Virus record (IMG/VR): IMGVR_UViG_3300030012_005163
Location: 32,001-96,000 of that record
Strand: one strand, 5' to 3'
Length of the DNA stretch: 64,000 bases
DNA from: a virus
The notes under the pieces are model-generated. The model saw nothing but the letters and a program-made list of their open reading frames with translations. It made no database searches and was not told the DNA's origin. Positions 45,359 to 55,676 of this stretch are shown here, piece by piece. Within the stretch, counting starts at the first letter, position 1. Each line of letters begins with the position of its first letter. Made by a program: the position numbers and the translations under genes.

Positions 45359-47854
45359 ATGAAAAAGAATTTATTAATAGAGTCTGATAAAATTAAATCC
45401 TTAATAAATAGAATGGATAAAAAACTATCCTATGATGAATATGTAATATATGAATCTAAACAACTATTAACAGAAATAAGAGTTCCTTTAAAAAATCGTA
45501 TAAGTGGATCTCTTAACAATATAAGGTTGGGTCGCGTAACAAAGAAAATTAGTAAAGACATCGTAAATGACTTAACAAATATAAATAAATTTTTAGATGG
45601 TGATGTGAATGTAGTACTTAAAGGTAACACAGATGAAATTATAGAAGCATTAGTAGACAGTAATGTTTTGGGGTCTACTGAGAAACTCATAGTTAAAAAA
45701 TATCTAGAAACTATAGATGGATTATCTAGATTAGGTAAGGGTGGACAAAAATCAGATATTTTAGATGTTTTAGTAAAAGATGGGACACCCTTAAATGAAG
45801 CTACAGAATACATGATAGATGTTTTAATTGAGAATCAGGAAGTCGCTTTAAAAAAGTTGAAGGGTTATGAAGCTAATAAGTTAAGAAAAATAATAGATGA
45901 CCCTAATAATGTCTCTTTAAGACAAGATTTTATTAGTTCTTTTTTTAGTGATGTATGGAAAAATTGGGATAATATGAGTGAAAGTTTTAAAGCTAAAGTC
46001 ATTAGAAAAGTAAAAGATTTAACCACTAAACAAGTACAAGAAATAGCAGCATTAGATGAAATAGCTGAGGATATGATAGGTACTAAAGTATTATATAAAA
46101 CGGTAGATGGTAAGACTAGAATTATTGTAGTCAATGGAGATGGTTTAAGTGATATTGTTGAAAAAGCACTAAAAGAAAATGGTTGGGCTATAGAGAATTG
46201 GAAAACATTTACTCAAAATGCAGGAATGAAAGGGAGTGGTACAAAGCAGGTATTGATGTATCTTAAAGCAAAAACTAATCCGATATTTAAGTGGTATAAA
46301 AAAAATTGGAAATATATGGCGGGTACTGCTTTAGCCTCAAGAGTCTTAGAATGTTTTTTATTAAGTGATAAATGGGAGAAAATGGAAGAAACGGATAAAA
46401 CAACAAATGAAAAATTTGTTATAGACTATGATTTCTTAGATTGTTTAAAGCCCCAATGGGTGGGTGAACAAGATTATTACGTACCTGATGATTGGAAACC
46501 TAAATATTTTACTTGGGAAGGTATTCTTTTACCATTAGGTGGTCAACTAATAGATTTAATTTATTTTGGTGTAAAAAATACTAAATTAATAAGTTTTAAA
46601 AAAATGTTACAATATATTAAAATGAAAGTGGGTAATGAATATGTAGATGCAAAAGAAGCGTTTTTTGATGGTTTTAATTTGATTCAAATTATTAGGAACA
46701 AGTGTAGTGTTAATCCTGAAGATGTAAGAATAATGAGAGATGGTATTAAAAATAAGTTAAAAAGAGATTTAGGTGACGATGTACCAGATGATGAATTTGG
46801 TATAGGTATAGATGAAATGTTAGGTTTAGGTATGGATAAATACGAAACTAAATTAGACGATTTTATTGATAAATATCAAAATAAAGTAGCAGATCTAGAT
46901 AAACTAAGAGATGATATTAAAGACCAATATGAAAAGAATAAAAAGTATAAGTTAAAGGTTAACGTTGATGAATACCCAGAATTAGATTTCACTCCAGACG
47001 TAGAGGGTAAACTTAAAGAATCTTGTATTGTCGCACAAACTAATGCAGCGATAAAGAGCTATAACGCACACAACGAAATCGCAAAAAGTAGTGAAAAAGA
47101 AGGGGCATCTATGGAAGATGTATATGAAAATACTAAATGGAATTTAGAGTGGTATACTACAACAGGTAAACTTAATAATGAATCAACACCAAATAATGTT
47201 TCCGTAGAAGCTTGTGAATACAATAAAGACAAGTTTAAAAATATGTTACAAATATTTGAAAACAAAGGTATGAATGTAAAAATAGAAAATTTAGATTCAC
47301 AAATAGTTTGTAGTAAAGAAAATATGGATAAACTTAAGATGGATTTAGAAAATAGTTATCTTCTTAAAACTAAAGGAGAAGAAATTATAAATGACTTAGA
47401 AAACGATGAAGATGGAGAACGATTATTAGAGTTAGTAAAAAATGAAGAGTCGATTGATGTTAAAAAATTAGCTCTAAGGTCACTATTTTGTTGGGAGATG
47501 AAAACAAATCAGTATTATCCTATAAATTCTTATATTGATATGTTGTTAAACCTAAAATTAAAAGAAGGTGGAGAAGGCGGAAATTACCTTAAAAATATTG
47601 TACTTAACTTACGTGAAAATACTGATTGGAAAAAAGGTAGTGGGGGTTATAATTTTAAATTAAAAGGTGAGGTTATTGATACTGTAGGAGAACGAATTTG
47701 TAATTGTAGTGATGGTAAAACTAAAAATATTAAATACAATGTTAATGGTACTGAAGTAAATGCTTATGATTATTGTATGAAAGCTTTTAAGCAGAAACTT
47801 AAAGACGAAGGTATTTTTAATAAGTTTAGTGACGGAAGTAGTGGAAGTCAATAA
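45359..47854 (+). CDS. Large orphan helical protein (831 aa), putative internal or ejected virion protein
   Basis: Leader MKKNLLIESDKIKSLI...LLTE; two moderately hydrophobic segments. Confidence 0.5.
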   Translation: MKKNLLIESDKIKSLINRMDKKLSYDEYVIYESKQLLTEIRVPLKNRISGSLNNIRLGRVTKKISKDIVNDLTNINKFLDGDVNVVLKGNTDEIIEALVDSNVLGSTEKLIVKKYLETIDGLSRLGKGGQKSDILDVLVKDGTPLNEATEYMIDVLIENQEVALKKLKGYEANKLRKIIDDPNNVSLRQDFISSFFSDVWKNWDNMSESFKAKVIRKVKDLTTKQVQEIAALDEIAEDMIGTKVLYKTVDGKTRIIVVNGDGLSDIVEKALKENGWAIENWKTFTQNAGMKGSGTKQVLMYLKAKTNPIFKWYKKNWKYMAGTALASRVLECFLLSDKWEKMEETDKTTNEKFVIDYDFLDCLKPQWVGEQDYYVPDDWKPKYFTWEGILLPLGGQLIDLIYFGVKNTKLISFKKMLQYIKMKVGNEYVDAKEAFFDGFNLIQIIRNKCSVNPEDVRIMRDGIKNKLKRDLGDDVPDDEFGIGIDEMLGLGMDKYETKLDDFIDKYQNKVADLDKLRDDIKDQYEKNKKYKLKVNVDEYPELDFTPDVEGKLKESCIVAQTNAAIKSYNAHNEIAKSSEKEGASMEDVYENTKWNLEWYTTTGKLNNESTPNNVSVEACEYNKDKFKNMLQIFENKGMNVKIENLDSQIVCSKENMDKLKMDLENSYLLKTKGEEIINDLENDEDGERLLELVKNEESIDVKKLALRSLFCWEMKTNQYYPINSYIDMLLNLKLKEGGEGGNYLKNIVLNLRENTDWKKGSGGYNFKLKGEVIDTVGERICNCSDGKTKNIKYNVNGTEVNAYDYCMKAFKQKLKDEGIFNKFSDGSSGSQ

Positions 47855-47933
47855 TAAGACTAATACATAAAAAAAAATAAGTTTCATACTATTTATTTTA
47901 TATAATAAATAATTAAATTTTAAAAAAAGTTTT

Positions 47934-48719
47934 ATGGAAAATGTACACAATAATATATTGGATCCTAATTATATTCCTGAAGAATTAAAAACACCTTATG
48001 ATGTTATTGAATTACCTTCACAAGGATTATTATATAAGGATAAATTATCTAAAGTAAAAATAGAATTTTTAACTGCAATGGATGAGAATATTTTAAGTTC
48101 TCCTAACTTAAGTTCTAATCCTAATGAAATGATTAATTTATTAATTAAAAATAAAGTTAAAGATTTAAATATGTCTCCTGAAGATTTATTAGATGGTGAT
48201 AGAATGGCGATTTTAATATTTTTAAGAGCAACTGCATTTGGGCATATGTATCAACAAATGGTTTACGATCCTTCAGAAGAGGACTTTGTTGAAGTGGAAA
48301 TAGATTTAACTCAATTAGAACATAAAAAATTATTAATTAAACCAGATAATAATGACGAATTTGATTTTATTTTACCTTCGTCAAAAAAGTTGATTAAATT
48401 TAAATTTCTTACTGCAGGTGATGAAGAGTCTATAGATAATTACGATAAAGAGTTAATGAAAAGGAGAGGTGACAATTTATCACAAAAAATTACTTTAAGA
48501 TTAGAAAAATGTGTTACAGAAATTGATGGGGAAAGGGATAAAATTAAAATATCTAATATTTTAAAGAAATTACCTATTATGGATTCTAGAACTTTAAGAA
48601 AGTATATAGAAAAAAATGAACCAGGAATAAATATGGAAACAAAAGGTCGGACTCAGGGGGGAGGGTCCGTTAGTTGCTTTCTTACACTCGGAGCAAATTT
48701 TTTCTGGCCTCAACTCTAA
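47934..48719 (+). CDS. Tail/baseplate-hub assembly chaperone (T4 gp26-like; lambda G equivalent)
   Basis: VIELPSQG..Y, FLTAMDENIL, DLL.GDR.AILIFLR..AFG, IKFKFLT.GDE, PIMDSR.LRKYI....PG. Confidence 0.75.
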   Translation: MENVHNNILDPNYIPEELKTPYDVIELPSQGLLYKDKLSKVKIEFLTAMDENILSSPNLSSNPNEMINLLIKNKVKDLNMSPEDLLDGDRMAILIFLRATAFGHMYQQMVYDPSEEDFVEVEIDLTQLEHKKLLIKPDNNDEFDFILPSSKKLIKFKFLTAGDEESIDNYDKELMKRRGDNLSQKITLRLEKCVTEIDGERDKIKISNILKKLPIMDSRTLRKYIEKNEPGINMETKGRTQGGGSVSCFLTLGANFFWPQL

Positions 48720-48855
48720 TTTTTTACAACATTTACATAAAGAAATTTCTTTTTTAGTTAAGAAAGGTGGGTTTACTTATTCCGATATTATGGTAATGCC
48801 TACATATTCTAGAAGAATTTTTATAGAAAACCTTAAACCAAAAGACAATAAATAA
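48703..48855 (+). other. Start-less +1-frame extension of the chaperone (putative T segment of a G/GT frameshift product)
   Basis: The +1 frame is open from 48631 to 48855 and reads SGLNSNFLQHLHKEISFLVKKGGFTYSDIMVMPTYSRRIFIENLKPKDNK; its first ATG is only at 48790. Confidence 0.6.
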
Positions 48856-48892
48856 TTTTTTATAGATATTTATTAATAAAAAAACTTCAATA

Positions 48893-50092
48893 ATGAAAGA
48901 TTTAGAATATTTTAATAGATTAATAGAGGATGTTGTTGTACATGTTGATGGATTAATAGTAGAACAAAGTGAAAAGGAAGATTACGAACAAGAAAAGACA
49001 GATGCTGAATTAATACAAGATATAATAGATGCTTCCGAAAGTAATCCAAATGAGGATGTAGATGTCCAACAATTATTTGATGATTTAGAAGAAGGAGAAT
49101 TTAGAAAAGCTTTTGGTGTAGAAGAAGCTGATATTGATAGGTGGTTTAGAGAACATCCAAATGTAGATTATGTTATAGAAGGTGGAAAACAAGTGGGTAA
49201 AACAATAAGTAAAACAACATATACTGCAATTAGAACATTTAGAGCACAAGCTCAAGCGCGTAAATTTGCTAGTCAAAATACATTAAAAAAATTAATATCT
49301 AAAGAAGGTACTAAATCTTATTGTCATTGTTTAAAATTAGTGAGAACTTTTATTGATATGGACGATCCATCTGATGAAGCAACTAAATGTCCAGAAATAA
49401 ATAGAGCTATGTGTAGAAGTAATTTTGAAACCTCTTTTAATGCAGAAATTGCTACTTTAAATTCTTATGATCGAGAAATACAAGAAAAACATTATGATGA
49501 TTGTTTAGAAAAATATGGGGGTTTTCGGAATATAGGTAAAAAATTATGGAGTCTTAACTATAGACAACAAGTGGATAAAAACCAACAATGTAAAAAATGG
49601 GATAAAAATATTAAACAAACCGTATCAGATATTATGAGTAAACTTACTTCAATGGCAAGTGAATGGTTTGTGACGACTCAAGATTTTAAAAAGAAAATGT
49701 CAACAGAAGGTGATAGTATTGCGGCTAAACTTATAGTATTTGATAAAATTCGTATAAAGTTTGATGACGATGTGTTTGACCCAAATAACAGTAGTCCACC
49801 TCCTCCTGCATGTCCTTCTGGTGGTTCAACTTTTCCTAATTGTGTACCTAATAGTGAAAAACTTGATGCTGGTGAATATACATTTGAACCTTTAAGTGCT
49901 AGTCCTTTTAGTAAAGGTAATACAGTAATGTTTGCACACGGTTCTTACAGAATGTTAATGACGTTTAAAAATTCTACTAGATTAGCGCCAAATAGTGGTA
50001 GTTTAACTTTTTACACAAAAAGTACGGCAACTTCGGCTGAAAGTCCTAAAGTTAAATGGAAAGGAACAATAACTAGAATGGATGCTTTATAA
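48893..50092 (+). CDS. Hypothetical protein between the chaperone and tape measure, with an LIVEQ leader and several Cys
   Basis: ORF track; ATATTTAT at 48866-48873. Confidence 0.65.
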   Translation: MKDLEYFNRLIEDVVVHVDGLIVEQSEKEDYEQEKTDAELIQDIIDASESNPNEDVDVQQLFDDLEEGEFRKAFGVEEADIDRWFREHPNVDYVIEGGKQVGKTISKTTYTAIRTFRAQAQARKFASQNTLKKLISKEGTKSYCHCLKLVRTFIDMDDPSDEATKCPEINRAMCRSNFETSFNAEIATLNSYDREIQEKHYDDCLEKYGGFRNIGKKLWSLNYRQQVDKNQQCKKWDKNIKQTVSDIMSKLTSMASEWFVTTQDFKKKMSTEGDSIAAKLIVFDKIRIKFDDDVFDPNNSSPPPPACPSGGSTFPNCVPNSEKLDAGEYTFEPLSASPFSKGNTVMFAHGSYRMLMTFKNSTRLAPNSGSLTFYTKSTATSAESPKVKWKGTITRMDAL

Positions 50093-50118
50093 TAAAAAAT
50101 TTTAAAAGTTAATAAATT

Positions 50119-52008
50119 ATGGCAGAGTTCGATGATGATTGGTATAAAGAACAATCAGGTAATCTTAAAAAATTATTAGATGAAACTAAGACTTTTTATA
50201 GTCAGGTTGATGGTTTAAGTAGGAAAACACGTCAAAGGGAAAAACAAGAAGTAGAAGATTTACTTAAAAAATTAAAATCTCAAGTCGAATTAGGTGGTGA
50301 AGAAGCTAAAAATGCCAAAGAATTAATTAAATTAGCACAAAAAAGATTAAAAGTTATTACTTCTCAATACGAAGTAACAGGAAGAATTAGACAAGAAACA
50401 CAACAAACTTTACAAGATTTTAAAAAGTTTATTGAGACGAGTGCTGCTCAATACAACTACGCACAAAAAATTGCTAAAGAATACTTAACAGTAAGTAGAA
50501 ATATAGGTGTTAGTGGTGCACATCAAGAAAGATTAACTAAAAACTTTAAAATGTCGTTACCTGAAGTAGAACAATTAGGTGGTAGTTTAGAAGATGTTAC
50601 AGATATTATGCAAACAATGGCGGAAGAATCAGGTAGAGCTAGAATTTTAGATCCTAGTGATGTAACAAATATTGAAGAAATTGCTAGAGCATTAAATATG
50701 AGTGCTAGTGAAACTACAAAGATGTCAGAAACGTTTGATCTTATGGGAATATCTACTGAAAGTATGAAAAATAGTTTACAAGATGTTTATAAAGAATCAA
50801 GTAAATTAGGATTGAACGCTAATAAGGTAGTAAAACAATTAAGTAATAATATGAAGTCTATACAGTCTTATTCATTTTCAAGTGGAGTAAGAGGTATGAC
50901 TGAAATGGCTAAACAAGCAGTAAGAATGAGGATAGATGTATCTGATGTTTTACAAATGGCTGATAAATTTTATCAACCCGAAGCTGCAATTGAAGCAGCA
51001 GCTAATTTACAAATGTTAGGTGGGGATATAGCTAAAGCGTTTGGTGATCCATTTGAAACTATGTATATGGCTCGTAATAAACCTGAAGAATTGGCTAAAA
51101 AATTAGGTGACATGACTGAAAACATGTTACAATTTAATGAAGAAAGTGGTAGATACGAACTTCCAGCAGAAGCTAGAATGCAATTGAAAGCTGCAGGTGA
51201 TCAGTTAGGAATTAATACTGAAAAAATGGTTGAGATGGCTAGACAATCTAGTAAAATCAAAGACTTAAAGATGAAATTCACTGCAATTGGTGACAACGAT
51301 ATGAAAGAGAATTTAGCATCATTAGCTAAATTTTCGGAAGAGAAGGGTGAATTTGTTATACAACATAATGGGGAAGAATTAGGATTAAATGAAATTTCTG
51401 ATGGAATGGCTGAAGAAATAATGGACGCCAATGCTAATGAAGGGAAAACAGATAGTGATTTATTTAAAAATATTGCCATTAACACTCAAACTATGAGTGA
51501 ACAATTAGCTAGTTTAAAAGAGAGTAGTATGGCAACTATTGCAGGAACAACAGATTTATATGAAATTACTGCAGAACAAATGAAAAAATCTTTAGTTACA
51601 CCATTAAAAAAGAGTATGGAAACGGCACAACAATCTTTTATTGAAAATTTCAGTCCTAAAAGTTTATTTGAAGGTGATACATGGAAAAATACGTTAATGG
51701 GGTTTGAAGAAATAAAACAAGAATCTTTAGATTCATTAGAAGAGTATTATAGGGACGTATTAAATATCCCATTACCTGAAGATAATGTAACACCAGGTCC
51801 CGATAATGAAAATAACAATGACAATGTTAATCCCGCTCCTATGGCAAGCACACAAAATATTAATTTAGATGTTGCAATAAATGGAGATGGAACGTTTACA
51901 CCTGCACAAATGGATATGATTTCTAATAAAATTACACAAAAAATTGTAAATGGGATTGAAGTAAAATCAGATGGACAAGATATTGAGGTAGTACTTAATA
52001 TAACTTAA
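50119..52008 (+). CDS. Tape measure protein
   Basis: Ala/Glu/Met-rich helical sequence (AEES GR, AKQAVRMR, EAAANLQMLGG), downstream of the tail chaperone and upstream of baseplate genes. Confidence 0.75.
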   Translation: MAEFDDDWYKEQSGNLKKLLDETKTFYSQVDGLSRKTRQREKQEVEDLLKKLKSQVELGGEEAKNAKELIKLAQKRLKVITSQYEVTGRIRQETQQTLQDFKKFIETSAAQYNYAQKIAKEYLTVSRNIGVSGAHQERLTKNFKMSLPEVEQLGGSLEDVTDIMQTMAEESGRARILDPSDVTNIEEIARALNMSASETTKMSETFDLMGISTESMKNSLQDVYKESSKLGLNANKVVKQLSNNMKSIQSYSFSSGVRGMTEMAKQAVRMRIDVSDVLQMADKFYQPEAAIEAAANLQMLGGDIAKAFGDPFETMYMARNKPEELAKKLGDMTENMLQFNEESGRYELPAEARMQLKAAGDQLGINTEKMVEMARQSSKIKDLKMKFTAIGDNDMKENLASLAKFSEEKGEFVIQHNGEELGLNEISDGMAEEIMDANANEGKTDSDLFKNIAINTQTMSEQLASLKESSMATIAGTTDLYEITAEQMKKSLVTPLKKSMETAQQSFIENFSPKSLFEGDTWKNTLMGFEEIKQESLDSLEEYYRDVLNIPLPEDNVTPGPDNENNNDNVNPAPMASTQNINLDVAINGDGTFTPAQMDMISNKITQKIVNGIEVKSDGQDIEVVLNIT

Positions 52009-52027
52009 AAAAAAATCATTTACACTA

Positions 52028-52058
52028 TTGACTTTTTGAAAAATATTTTCTATATTTG
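52028..52058 (+). promoter_or_regulatory. Bacteroidota-type promoter with no adjacent ORF
   Basis: TTG (52028-52030, within TTGACT), 20-nt spacer, TATATTTG (52051-52058). Confidence 0.65.
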
Positions 52059-52074
52059 ACCAGAAATAGACCTT

Positions 52075-52160
52075 AAAAATTATAAATAATTATTAAAACT
52101 AGAATAAATATAATAAAAAAACTAGTAATAATCTATTAATTATATATAATATATAATTTT
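52075..52160. other. Extremely AT-rich tract with two AAAACTAG repeats; candidate origin unwinding element
   Basis: Only 5 G/C in 52081-52160 by hand count; AAAACTAG at 52095 and 52118. Confidence 0.4.
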
Positions 52161-52206
52161 ATCTCCTGAAATTTCTGATTTAAATATTTATATAGAAAGA
52201 ATATTT

Positions 52207-55200
52207 ATGCCAGGAATTTTAAATCAAACATTATACACAAGTAATTTTGGTGTTTTAACAACTGAGGATTTAAGAGAAAACTTGCTTAGTCGTAATTTAC
52301 CGCCACCAACTAACCGAACATTGGTAGAAGGAGGGTTAACATCTAAACTTGATGATATTGGTAGAGTTATTAATGTACCCATAGGTGGTTCTCAAAACGA
52401 AAATACTGTTGTTTCATATAATGAAGAAGGTAATATTATTACTGAAGGAGAGACATTTAGAGATACCCAAAACGTTAATAATAATAGATATATTCCTAAA
52501 TTAGATGAATATAATGAATATGGTGTTAATATTCCTGCAGAACCTTATCCTAATTCAGGAAATAAAGAAAGAATGCCTTACCCAACTGATTCTAATATAG
52601 AAAATTTTAGTTTATTGAGTAGTGGAGATGATTCTTATGTTTCTTTTCCTTTTGATGTTATAGATAAAATGTCCACTCTAACTTTTGAAAATGAAACGTC
52701 TTTAGGTATGTTAGGTGCTAAAAGTTTAGAAACAAACGTAGTTAATAAAGTTGCTCAGATACAAAATAAAATGAGTAGTGACTTAGTAAAATTTGCTATA
52801 ACTTATTTCCAACCACCTGAAGACGAAGCCAATGAGTTTGAGAATAGAATGAGAGGAGAAAGTGTAGGACAACAAACTTTACCACCAGAATCAGTAGGTT
52901 GGCAAGAATATAATACTCAATTAAGAAATAATAAATTAGGTAACCAATTAAATAATAATCAAACCAATCCTGTTATAACTACCGAACAAAGAAACAATAC
53001 ATTAATAAGTAACACAGGTATAAACCAAACTACTTTTTTATTTAACGCTTTAGGTTTAAACTTATATGTACCTAATTATAGTGATAGAAGATTATCATCT
53101 ACCTCAAATGCGGGTACTAATAGTAGGTATTATATTGGTAGTGAAAGAAGTACTAATAGAGGTAGTAAAATAATGACTACTTTTACCTCTGATGAATTTA
53201 ATGGTGCTGATGGTATAAATTCAGAACAAATAGGACAAACTACAGTAGATGAAAATTATTATTGGGAATTTAGAGATAATAATAATTTTAATAATAAAAC
53301 TATTTTATCTGAGACACAACAATTAGTAAATAATTTTCCTGATGATGTTTTTATAGATCAAACAAAAAAGTTTTTTAAGGATAGAGTTAAAGGAAGATTA
53401 ATAAGTAGAGGTAATGCTATTAGTAGTGAATCTTTTGAGTCTGCTATTAAAAACGGTAAGTTTTGTAGAGTATGGACACCTAATGATCCTTATAAATATC
53501 AAAATGCGATTAGAAAAAGTGGTTTATTTAGTTCTGATAGTAAAAGTAAACCAGGTTTTTCTGTTACATCTGATAATGCATCTTTAAGTGTATTACAGAG
53601 TAATGGTTTTCCTAAAACACATCCTACGGAAATAGATAGGACAACATCATTTAAAAAATATATGTTATCTATTGAAAATTTAGCGTGGGCAGATAATTTA
53701 GCGGATTTAACATTAGATGAAATTGGACCGGGTGATCCTTTAAGTAGAAATAAAGGTAGAATTATGTGGTTTCCCCCATATGATTTAGGTTTTGATGAAA
53801 ATATGAGTGCAAACTGGACAAAAACAGATTTTATTGGTAGAGGTGAACCTGTTTATACTTATAATAATTCTACAAGAAGTGGACAATTAAAATTTAAAGT
53901 ATTAGTAGATCATCCAAAAGTAATCAATGCATATAGAGGAAGGAGAACTAATGAAATAGAAAGATTTTTCGCTGGTTGTATTTCACCACAAGAATTTTTA
54001 GATTTATTAGATAATAGTCAAGGTGTAAGTCCAAATACTAAAAAAGAAATAGAAAAGAAATTAAATTTACAACAACAACAATCTACTGCGACTAATTATA
54101 GTGCTAGTGAAAAATATACTCTTTTATTCCCTAAAGATGTTTCTTCGGGAGTAACTATTGATAGTAGTAGTATTACTAATTTTTTAAATGTACAAAAAAA
54201 TAGTGATAAAACAGTTAAAATATTAATCAATGGTTACGCTTCTAAAGATGAGACTAACGCAAAAACATTGGCAACTGCACGTAGCACTGATATAAAATCA
54301 CAAGTTGAAGCAGTGGTTAACTCCATAAGTAACATTAATTCATCAACTGTTATTAAATCACAAGTAATAGATATAAACGGTGATGTTAATAGTAGGAGAG
54401 TAGATATAAAAATTTCTTACGATGCAGTAAATGATTCTACTGCACAACACCAACAAACTAATGTAGATAGTAATTTAGTCACCTTACCTTTAGATTCCCA
54501 AATTATAGATAATTTAAGAATCGATGAAACAAGATATTTTGATTTTGTAGGTGAAGAATATCCTGAATATTTTGAATCTATATCCGAAAAAATAAAATAC
54601 TTTCATCCTGGTTTTCACTCTACAACTCCAGAAGGTTTAAATACGAGATTAACTTTTCTACAACAATGTTTAAGACAAGGGCCTAGTATATATGATAAAA
54701 AAGATTCTAACGGTATCAAACCTCAGAATTTAGCGTTTGGTAGACCGCCTATTTGTATTTTAAGAATAGGTGATTACATAAATACAAAAATTACAATTAA
54801 TAGTTTAAGTATAACATATGCTACGGGTAATTCACCACAATGGGATTTAAATCCTGAAGGTATTGGTGTACAACCAATGATGGCAGACGTTACTTTATCT
54901 ATAGATATAATAGGTGGACAATCATTGCAAGGCCCGATTAGTCGTTTACAAAATGCTTTATCATTTAATTACTATGCCAATACTGAAATGTATGAAAGAA
55001 GAAGTGATAAGTTAGAAGTAGACGCATTTATAGGGGCACGAATTGTGAATGGAAGAAATAGTTTATTTAGTGAATTATTACCTGGTGTTGCTAATGTTGC
55101 ACAAAAAATATCTTTATTGGGCGATTCACCTAAAAATACATTAAAACAAGAAGTGCCGATAAATCAAACTAGTCAAAATAATAATCCTAGTGAACCTGCA

Positions 55201-55671
55201 ATACCTACTGATACAGTTACTATTAATATTAATTCTAACCAACAAAATGTAATTGTAGAAACATTAGTAAACGGTATTTTAAAACCTTTAGATACACCTA
55301 TTAGAGTAATAATTACCGATAATAAAACTAACATTGTACACGTTGATGAAGCATATACTTCTGGAACTAATATAATAAGTTTAAGTTCTAATAGTACATT
55401 AGCAGTTGCATTTTCTCAATCTCAACAAATTGTAACAAAACAAAATCAAATAGTAGATTTACAATTGGAATATAATAGTTTATCTAATACTACGGCATAT
55501 AACTTAAATAGAAAAAGTCAGATAACTAATGAAATTCAGATATTAAATAATCAAATCATTGATTTAGAAAATAAAATAATGAATGTAAATGTTAACGTAA
55601 TTTATGAATTAGTGGGTGCAGAATTAAATAGGACACAAACATTTACTATTTCTGATAATAAATTAATTTAA
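52207..55671 (+). CDS. Baseplate/tube-initiator protein (gp48/gp54-like tube folds) with an inserted OmpA-like domain
   Basis: WFPPYDL.F.E..SANW....FIGRGEPVYTY and GRPPICILRIGD...WDLNPEGIGVQPM flank ING YAS...LATARS...RRVDI. Confidence 0.6.
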   Translation: MPGILNQTLYTSNFGVLTTEDLRENLLSRNLPPPTNRTLVEGGLTSKLDDIGRVINVPIGGSQNENTVVSYNEEGNIITEGETFRDTQNVNNNRYIPKLDEYNEYGVNIPAEPYPNSGNKERMPYPTDSNIENFSLLSSGDDSYVSFPFDVIDKMSTLTFENETSLGMLGAKSLETNVVNKVAQIQNKMSSDLVKFAITYFQPPEDEANEFENRMRGESVGQQTLPPESVGWQEYNTQLRNNKLGNQLNNNQTNPVITTEQRNNTLISNTGINQTTFLFNALGLNLYVPNYSDRRLSSTSNAGTNSRYYIGSERSTNRGSKIMTTFTSDEFNGADGINSEQIGQTTVDENYYWEFRDNNNFNNKTILSETQQLVNNFPDDVFIDQTKKFFKDRVKGRLISRGNAISSESFESAIKNGKFCRVWTPNDPYKYQNAIRKSGLFSSDSKSKPGFSVTSDNASLSVLQSNGFPKTHPTEIDRTTSFKKYMLSIENLAWADNLADLTLDEIGPGDPLSRNKGRIMWFPPYDLGFDENMSANWTKTDFIGRGEPVYTYNNSTRSGQLKFKVLVDHPKVINAYRGRRTNEIERFFAGCISPQEFLDLLDNSQGVSPNTKKEIEKKLNLQQQQSTATNYSASEKYTLLFPKDVSSGVTIDSSSITNFLNVQKNSDKTVKILINGYASKDETNAKTLATARSTDIKSQVEAVVNSISNINSSTVIKSQVIDINGDVNSRRVDIKISYDAVNDSTAQHQQTNVDSNLVTLPLDSQIIDNLRIDETRYFDFVGEEYPEYFESISEKIKYFHPGFHSTTPEGLNTRLTFLQQCLRQGPSIYDKKDSNGIKPQNLAFGRPPICILRIGDYINTKITINSLSITYATGNSPQWDLNPEGIGVQPMMADVTLSIDIIGGQSLQGPISRLQNALSFNYYANTEMYERRSDKLEVDAFIGARIVNGRNSLFSELLPGVANVAQKISLLGDSPKNTLKQEVPINQTSQNNNPSEPAIPTDTVTININSNQQNVIVETLVNGILKPLDTPIRVIITDNKTNIVHVDEAYTSGTNIISLSSNSTLAVAFSQSQQIVTKQNQIVDLQLEYNSLSNTTAYNLNRKSQITNEIQILNNQIIDLENKIMNVNVNVIYELVGAELNRTQTFTISDNKLI

Positions 55672-55676
55672 ATATT

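Noticed and set aside
47660-47950. 96-aa minus-strand hydrophobic ORF considered as a holin
   Set aside because: It is antisense to the end of 45359..47854 and an A-rich intergenic region, and lacks a promoter motif or a clear transmembrane and charge pattern.
48695-48757. Canonical -1 slippery heptamer A AAT TTT at the chaperone 3' end
   Set aside because: The -1 frame stops at TAG 48755-48757 after a short featureless peptide; the protein-like extension is in the +1/-2 frame.
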